DNA from: Rhodospirillaceae bacterium
GTDB taxonomy: Bacteria; Pseudomonadota; Alphaproteobacteria; Rhodospirillales; UBA2165
Direction of reading: 5' to 3'
Length of the DNA stretch: 64,000 nucleotides
Assembly: GCA_018649725.1 (NCBI GenBank)
Contig: JABIHH010000017.1
Coordinates: forward strand, 40,469 to 104,468
The translations under genes and the position numbers were made by a program. The notes under the pieces were generated by a model, which saw only the letters and a program-made list of their open reading frames with translations, had not been told where the DNA came from and did no database searches. How positions within the stretch are numbered: the stretch's first letter is position 1; the number at the start of each line of letters is the position of its first letter. Shown in pieces: positions 58,537 through 64,000 of this stretch.

Positions 58537-59649
58537 TTAGATGGAGCCCCAAACGTCCTGGGCAACCTCAACCACCAACTCCAATTTACGCTTGGTATCA
58601 TCTTCCGTCACAACCTGGCCACCGCCGCCGCCGGACGAAAATCCGCATTGTGGAGAAATCGCAAGCTGCTCAAGAGGTGCAAATTTCGACGCCTCATCGA
58701 TCCGGCGCTTCAAGCCATCCTTATCTTCAAGCTCCGGCGTTTTGGTGCTAATCAGGCCCAGCACAGCGGTCTTGCCAGCCGGCAAATGACGCAGCGGCTC
58801 AAAGCCACCAGAGCGCTCGTTATCATATTCCATGAAAAAGGCGTCGATTTTAAGCTCATTAAAGATCTTTTCAGCGATCGGGTCATACCCCCCTTCCGCC
58901 ATCCAGAGACCTTTGAGATTACCTCTGCACATATGCATGCCGGCAAACATGTTATCTGGACGCCCACCGACTGCACTATTGATTGCTTTGACGTAGGTGT
59001 CGGTAAGTTCGTCCGGATCCTCGCCCCGCGCCCGAATGGTCTCACGCGCCTCAGTGTCGCAATTACACGGCAGTGCCGTATCATCCAATTGAATATAGGT
59101 GCAGCCGGCCGCGGCTAGTTCCGCGACCTCGTCGCTATAGGCTTTGGTCAAATCTGCAAAGTATTCTTCATCAGAAGAATACACATCCGGGTTATAGCTT
59201 TCATGGCCTAAGAAAAAATGCATCACCGGCGGCGAGGCCATGGTGACTTTCGGCTGACCCGAGGGATTTAGCGAACTGACATATTTAAAATCATCCGTCA
59301 CAATATTATGCTTTCGGCTGAGCTTGCCTTCCGCATAAGGTGACGGCGGCATCAACACGTCGCCCTCTTCACCTTTAAAAGTCAGCGTACCCCCATCTTT
59401 GACACCCATGCCCTCAAGCGCATCACTGACGCCGCCCGACCAGACCCTGCGGCGAAACTCACCGTCGGTCACCGACGGCATGCCGATGCTGTCTTGAAAA
59501 GCCACGATATCGGCAATGCACTCATCTTTCATCGCCTCAAACGCCGCGTCATCCAAATCACCGGCTTTGTTGGCACGCGCCGCATTTAAAAGTTTATCGG
59601 GGCGAATAAAACTACCGACATGTTCGGCGCGATATGGAGGTTTAGTCAT
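58537..59649 (-). CDS. Cobalamin-independent methionine synthase II family protein (MetE C-terminal-like)
   Basis: RAEHVGSFIRP, TDGEFRR, HMCRGN, MEYD, SPQCGF Zn ligands. Confidence 0.85.
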   Translation of the reverse strand: MTKPPYRAEHVGSFIRPDKLLNAARANKAGDLDDAAFEAMKDECIADIVAFQDSIGMPSVTDGEFRRRVWSGGVSDALEGMGVKDGGTLTFKGEEGDVLMPPSPYAEGKLSRKHNIVTDDFKYVSSLNPSGQPKVTMASPPVMHFFLGHESYNPDVYSSDEEYFADLTKAYSDEVAELAAAGCTYIQLDDTALPCNCDTEARETIRARGEDPDELTDTYVKAINSAVGGRPDNMFAGMHMCRGNLKGLWMAEGGYDPIAEKIFNELKIDAFFMEYDNERSGGFEPLRHLPAGKTAVLGLISTKTPELEDKDGLKRRIDEASKFAPLEQLAISPQCGFSSGGGGGQVVTEDDTKRKLELVVEVAQDVWGSI

Positions 59650-59740
59650 TGAGGTCGTCCTTCCTGAGAATGATTTTAAATTTGTTTGGGAGCCTAACGA
59701 ATTAGGGAAGAAGGAACAAGAATTAGTCCTTTCTATAAAC

Positions 59741-59777
59741 AAAAAAAACCGCCGCAGATTTCTCTGCAGCGGCTTTT
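59741..59777 (-). terminator. Intrinsic terminator after M24 gene
   Basis: A-tract followed by ccgccgcag..ctgcagcgg. Confidence 0.65.
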
Positions 59778-59801
59778 GAAAACGAGTTCTGAAAACAGAT
59801 C

Positions 59802-61130
59802 TTAGTGATCTTCGCCAGAAATGCTTGAATGGTGGAATTCGCCGACGCGGTAGTCGCCGACAGCTTCTTCCATATGTTCCATTTTGGTAAAGATGACAGG
59901 GCCGTCTTTGCCAACAAGTACGTTCTCTTCGAGACGACAAGTTTGCGGCAACCCTGGGTGACCAGCAAAAGTCTCAATGGCGAAGTACATGTTTTCTTTG
60001 ATCTCAGCAGGATACTTCAGTGAGTAAGCCCGAGACATCCACATGCCCTCATACAAGGTAATGCCGATGGAGTGAGCAAACTGCTGCAACGTAACCGTAC
60101 CGTATTTGTCATCGTCATATTCTGGGAATTTGGAAACAACGTCAGCAGAGGTATTACCCGGCTTCAGATTTTCCAGACCAGCATAGAGCGAGTCATAGGT
60201 TTCACGATAAAGATCGATTTCCTGCTGGGTCATCTTCGCGGCACATTTAAGCGTACGCACAAAGTCGATGTAATAACCACCAGGTCCGACAGCGTTAATA
60301 TCGATGATGATCAGATCACCCTGCTGGATGATTTTATCCGTTGCCCAACGACGATAAGGCGACGTGTTACCACCAGAAGCAACGATGATGTCATAAATGA
60401 TCTCACAATCGCGATCGAGCATGAATTTATGAACTTCAGCTTCAATTTGACGCTCTGTAACACCAGGCTTCAACCATTCGTTTTTGATGTGCCACATAGC
60501 AGCATCACCAATAGAAGAAGCTTGCTTGAGAAGCTCTATCTCATCGCGGGTTTTAACCGTACGTGCGCGGGAGAATGCAGGCCAGCCGTTAACAACGTTT
60601 ATGCCGGCTTTCTCGAACGCATGAAGCGCAGGCATATCGAAGTTATCAACACCGATTTTTTCTTTCTCAACGCCGTTCTCTTTGAGAACGTCAAGGATAG
60701 AAGCAACCATTTTATCAGCCATTTCGCCAACAGCGCCTTCAGCCCACTGCCACGTCATGGCAGGACGGATGCGATCTTTCATCCAAGGTAGATCGATGAT
60801 CGCACACTGCAGATCGGAACCAGCGGTTTCGAACAATACAGGCTCAGCATCGCGGCAGAGAACTGCATAACGAATGTTGATGTTGTATTTCCAGTTGCCC
60901 TGGTAAGAACCAGTGATGTAGCGAATATTCGCTCCAGCAAATACAACCAATGCCCCCAAATCATCATTGGCCATTTCGGCGCGTGCACGCTCTAAGCGTT
61001 CGTAGCGTAGGCGTTCGTGATCTACACGAAGCTGCCAGTCCGCACCCGTTGTTGAGTAAAGACGGCGTGGGTTAGTGTGATGTTCCTCTTGTAGGAACGT
61101 AGTGTCCATTTCGTAACCGGTGTACCCCAT
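59802..61130 (-). CDS. M24 family metallopeptidase-fold protein
   Basis: Creatinase-like N-domain (NIRYITG); metal ligands D, D (IIDI...YYIDFVRT), H (AHSIG), E (FAIET), E (RLEE). Confidence 0.85.
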   Translation of the reverse strand: MGYTGYEMDTTFLQEEHHTNPRRLYSTTGADWQLRVDHERLRYERLERARAEMANDDLGALVVFAGANIRYITGSYQGNWKYNINIRYAVLCRDAEPVLFETAGSDLQCAIIDLPWMKDRIRPAMTWQWAEGAVGEMADKMVASILDVLKENGVEKEKIGVDNFDMPALHAFEKAGINVVNGWPAFSRARTVKTRDEIELLKQASSIGDAAMWHIKNEWLKPGVTERQIEAEVHKFMLDRDCEIIYDIIVASGGNTSPYRRWATDKIIQQGDLIIIDINAVGPGGYYIDFVRTLKCAAKMTQQEIDLYRETYDSLYAGLENLKPGNTSADVVSKFPEYDDDKYGTVTLQQFAHSIGITLYEGMWMSRAYSLKYPAEIKENMYFAIETFAGHPGLPQTCRLEENVLVGKDGPVIFTKMEHMEEAVGDYRVGEFHHSSISGEDH

Positions 61131-61191
61131 AGGTAACTCCTCTTTAGGCAGAAAATTTATCTGTATAATTTTTTCGTTTCGACTTTATCGA

Positions 61192-61205
61192 GTCTTATAG
61201 AAGAC
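61192..61205. promoter_or_regulatory. Putative GntR/HutC operator (one mismatch)
   Basis: GTCTTATAGAAGAC upstream of the M24 gene. Confidence 0.65.
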
Positions 61206-61350
61206 GTGTTCATAAGATAATCGAGAGGGTGAATCAAGCAGCAAAACAGGGAATATTTGGGAATATTAGGGAATAGCTGCCAAAAACATCACTTGGCTTT
61301 ATCACAAATAGGTGTACGTCCGATAATTCGCAAAAGTTACCGAACGGTGC

Positions 61351-62346
61351 CTAAAGATTTATTGGCAAACCTTTTTCGGCGGACTGACAAATTGCTTCAA
61401 ACACCGCTATATTTTCAAGCTTTTGCGCTTTGGTAAATGGATAGTCTTGGATACCTGCAATCGCATCGGCCCAAGCTTCGAAGTTGAGTTTCACCGTATC
61501 AACATATTGAAAGGTCTGAGTTTCGATCTCGCCTTCGGTGCGGCTAATGAACAGATCTGTCGGACCTTCTTCACTGGGATGAGAATAATCCCGAGCCTCA
61601 ACCCAGGCTTTCGAGCCAAATACCGCATAGCGCATATAAAGTGGGGTTTCTAAAATCGAGTTAAAAGCGCCGGTTGCGCCACTTTTAAAGCGCACACTAA
61701 AGTTTAGGATATCGCCATTGGCATTGGCCGGATTGCGGGTCGCGGTCAGCGCAAAAACCTGGGCGACCGGGCCAAACATATTGGCATAGGCGTCGGTGAT
61801 ATGAATACCGGTCGCCGTCATGGCAGCAGCCGGGCTTTCGGTTGACGACACCCGCCAATTACTGGCGTCAAGATTAGCGAGCTTATCGTGACTGAAGTTA
61901 CTTTCAACATGCATGATTTCGCCGAGCTCGCCGGAAGCAACCAGTTTCGCAATCTCCTGCATGGCAGGCTCGAACCGGCGTTCATGACCAAGCCCCAATA
62001 CAACGCCAGCCGCGTCACAAGCCTCGACCGAGCGCTCTGCACTGGCGAGCGTCAGCGCCAAAGGCTTCTCACAAAAGACATGCTTGCCCGCTTTCGCGGC
62101 CGCAATGATCTGCTCTTCGTGCAGACTATGCGGTGTCGCTAGGACAACGGCTTCGATATCAGCATCGTTTAAAACATCAGCTAAATCTGCTGAAACAGTC
62201 AGCCCCGCAGCTTCAGCGATATCGGCTGTCGATTCCGGCGCAATATCGACGGCTCTGGAAAAACGAATTTTATCGCTTTTGCCTTGTAGCGTCGTAACAA
62301 TATGGCGGCCCCACCAACCGAGGCCAACAATGGCGGTATTTAACAC
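61351..62346 (-). CDS. Gfo/Idh/MocA family oxidoreductase
   Basis: AIVGLGWWG, LATPHSLH, FCEKPLA; GTG start inferred. Confidence 0.9.
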   Translation of the reverse strand: MLNTAIVGLGWWGRHIVTTLQGKSDKIRFSRAVDIAPESTADIAEAAGLTVSADLADVLNDADIEAVVLATPHSLHEEQIIAAAKAGKHVFCEKPLALTLASAERSVEACDAAGVVLGLGHERRFEPAMQEIAKLVASGELGEIMHVESNFSHDKLANLDASNWRVSSTESPAAAMTATGIHITDAYANMFGPVAQVFALTATRNPANANGDILNFSVRFKSGATGAFNSILETPLYMRYAVFGSKAWVEARDYSHPSEEGPTDLFISRTEGEIETQTFQYVDTVKLNFEAWADAIAGIQDYPFTKAQKLENIAVFEAICQSAEKGLPINL

Positions 62347-62494
62347 GTAAATTTTGTCCTGAATATTTGGATGTATATGTGTCGCCAACCTAAATTTTTT
62401 AGCGCCTAACGCAACTTCTTTTTACCCTTTTTCCGCCGACGCCCCAAAAAACCCCTCTGGCCCCGCCATAGACAAGATGTCGAGGAGAAAGGTA

Positions 62495-62821
62495 ATGAAT
62501 GAACTATGCAAACCAGCAGGGCATACGCCTGTAAAGTACTTTGGCCATTTTTTGGGGCCCCATGATCAACTTGAAAGCCGCTACACCAAAACCATCTGGG
62601 TAGAGGTGGCAGCGATTGTCTACGCGCCAACATTTCATAATGTATTGGAGATATGGTGCGCGCGCATCCACGCGCCGGATTATCTCGAAGAGGACACTTT
62701 TGTTATGGATGACAGCGCCGAGCGCGTACTCCGCCGCGCCGCCCATTTTGTCACAGGGCTGGATTTAGGACTGATGGAGATATCTGGAGAAACAGAGACG
62801 GTAAATAGAAAACCGGTCTAG
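62495..62821 (+). CDS. Hypothetical protein
   Basis: Strong RBS (GAGGAG) before ATG 62495; no recognised family. Confidence 0.55.
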   Translation: MNELCKPAGHTPVKYFGHFLGPHDQLESRYTKTIWVEVAAIVYAPTFHNVLEIWCARIHAPDYLEEDTFVMDDSAERVLRRAAHFVTGLDLGLMEISGETETVNRKPV

Positions 62822-62859
62822 GGATGGGGTTCTATATCATGTCCTCAGAATCTTCCAAA

Positions 62860-63816
62860 TCAGATCTTTTTGGCAAGATTCAATGCTAGTCGCCGGGCAA
62901 AATCAATCTCACGCCAAACTTCAATGGGTGAGCCATGGCCCATTCTTCGTGGAATATCCAGGGTCGTCAGCTTTCCGTTCAGTCGATTCATCTCAATGAG
63001 GTCAGCCAAAATTATACCGACAACTTTATTCACCGTATCTGGAATTATGAGCCCGGTTTCTAATTTGGGCGCCAGCACGCCGCCTTCGATACGGCTCGGT
63101 AGCTTTTTCTCAACTTCATTGAGCACTTCAATTAACTTAAACACTTCTTGATAAACTTTGATCGGACGTTTCAAGTTAATTCCAGAAACCGGACGCTTTG
63201 ATAAATCATCGCATTTATAAGATTTGCACAAATTTGAAAGCAGATGAACAATCATTTGAGCCCGTTGAAGAACGTCGGGAGGTTGAACCGATGGGGCGCC
63301 AAGTTGCCGCAGCAAAAGCTCAACCCTATCGAGGGCGACATACACATTAATCGGCTGTTTATTTTTATACTTGCTCGATGGTTTATCAGCCGGCGAAAGA
63401 CCAACCGCAGATTTAACATCGCCAACTCTTTGGTTAATTATTTTAACCAATGCCATCACCTGAACCGGTGTATATTTTTCAATCCTGATCACGCCTGTTG
63501 GCTTGGCCTTTAAGCTGTTTAAATTTAACAAAGCTGAGATTTGGCGTTCGACATCTAATACCCGTTGAAAAACATGACGCGGATAATAATCGCGACTGTC
63601 CAATTCCCGGGGCACTTTTATATTCGATAGATTGCCAAGATTTCTTTTGTATATTTGTGACAGTCGATCACTTATCAATGACACTCGAGCATAGACGGTA
63701 TCAGGACTAACTATTTCTTGAGCCATCGCTGGTGCCGCAAATATACCTGAGGACATAAGCAGCAACAGAGCAATTGTCGGCCAAGTTTTCACGTTATCGA
63801 TACTCCACTCAATCAT
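62860..63816 (-). CDS. Secreted hypothetical protein with internal PxxV helical repeats
   Basis: Signal peptide ending AMA; eight PxxV-initiated segments. Confidence 0.7.
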   Translation of the reverse strand: MIEWSIDNVKTWPTIALLLLMSSGIFAAPAMAQEIVSPDTVYARVSLISDRLSQIYKRNLGNLSNIKVPRELDSRDYYPRHVFQRVLDVERQISALLNLNSLKAKPTGVIRIEKYTPVQVMALVKIINQRVGDVKSAVGLSPADKPSSKYKNKQPINVYVALDRVELLLRQLGAPSVQPPDVLQRAQMIVHLLSNLCKSYKCDDLSKRPVSGINLKRPIKVYQEVFKLIEVLNEVEKKLPSRIEGGVLAPKLETGLIIPDTVNKVVGIILADLIEMNRLNGKLTTLDIPRRMGHGSPIEVWREIDFARRLALNLAKKI

Positions 63817-63898
63817 CCGATTTTACCTATTTGAAATTTTATTCAAATGCGTAAAAATGAACCTACAGATTTCGGCTCATTTTAATATAAGTGGGAAT

Positions 63899-64000
63899 TT
63901 ATAAACCAAAACCAAGCTCGATCAAACCAAGGTCTATACTGGTTTCACCGGCCAGCGGGATTTCAATCGGTGCATGGCCGTCATGGTGTATGATGAGGAT
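63899..64000 (-). CDS. 3' end of a CDS entering from beyond the window
   Basis: Open frame ILIIHHDGHAPIEIPLAGETSIDLGLIELGFGL* ending just upstream of the previous gene. Confidence 0.45.
   Translation of the reverse strand: MLIIHHDGHAPIEIPLAGETSIDLGLIELGFGL

Noticed and set aside
59802-61130. Calling this gene dddP (DMSP lyase)
   Set aside because: Only the M24 fold and metal ligands are recognisable; I cannot confirm DddP-specific sequence by eye
1-64000. tRNA, rRNA, integrase or transposase genes
   Set aside because: None recognised by eye; a tRNAscan/Infernal run would be needed to exclude small RNAs such as selC

Overview
This is a 64-kb chromosomal region of an alphaproteobacterium. 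The assignment is inferred from an alpha-type LexA box (GAAC-N7-GAAC), palindromic intergenic repeats and gene content. A short housekeeping start (rnhB fragment, DUF952, ArsC-family, SOS-linked radical SAM, TIGR04283/04282 glycosyltransferase pair) is followed by a long catabolic and transport region for unknown substrates. It holds NitT/TauT ABC, TTT and TRAP components, many dehydrogenases, an NdhFSLM-like split molybdenum hydroxylase and a three-subunit nitrile/thiocyanate hydrolase. It also holds Tm-1-like and TIM-barrel proteins and DRE-TIM, M24, MetE-like, PaaK-like and FAH enzymes. Four signals are not visible in the ORF track. (1) An AhpD/CMD-family gene is split by an in-frame TGA in a CxxU motif, followed by a SECIS-like hairpin (probable selenoprotein), and sits next to a Cys-less paralog. 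(2) The palindrome TCTTATATAAGA recurs at promoters across about 46 kb, a probable regulon of the local HutC-type GntR. (3) A ~2.3-kb metal-uptake cassette is bounded by degenerate ~110-bp inverted ends. (4) That cassette is headed by a His-rich leader ORF ending in an RPP arrest-like motif. All calls come from reading the sequence by eye; no searches were run.
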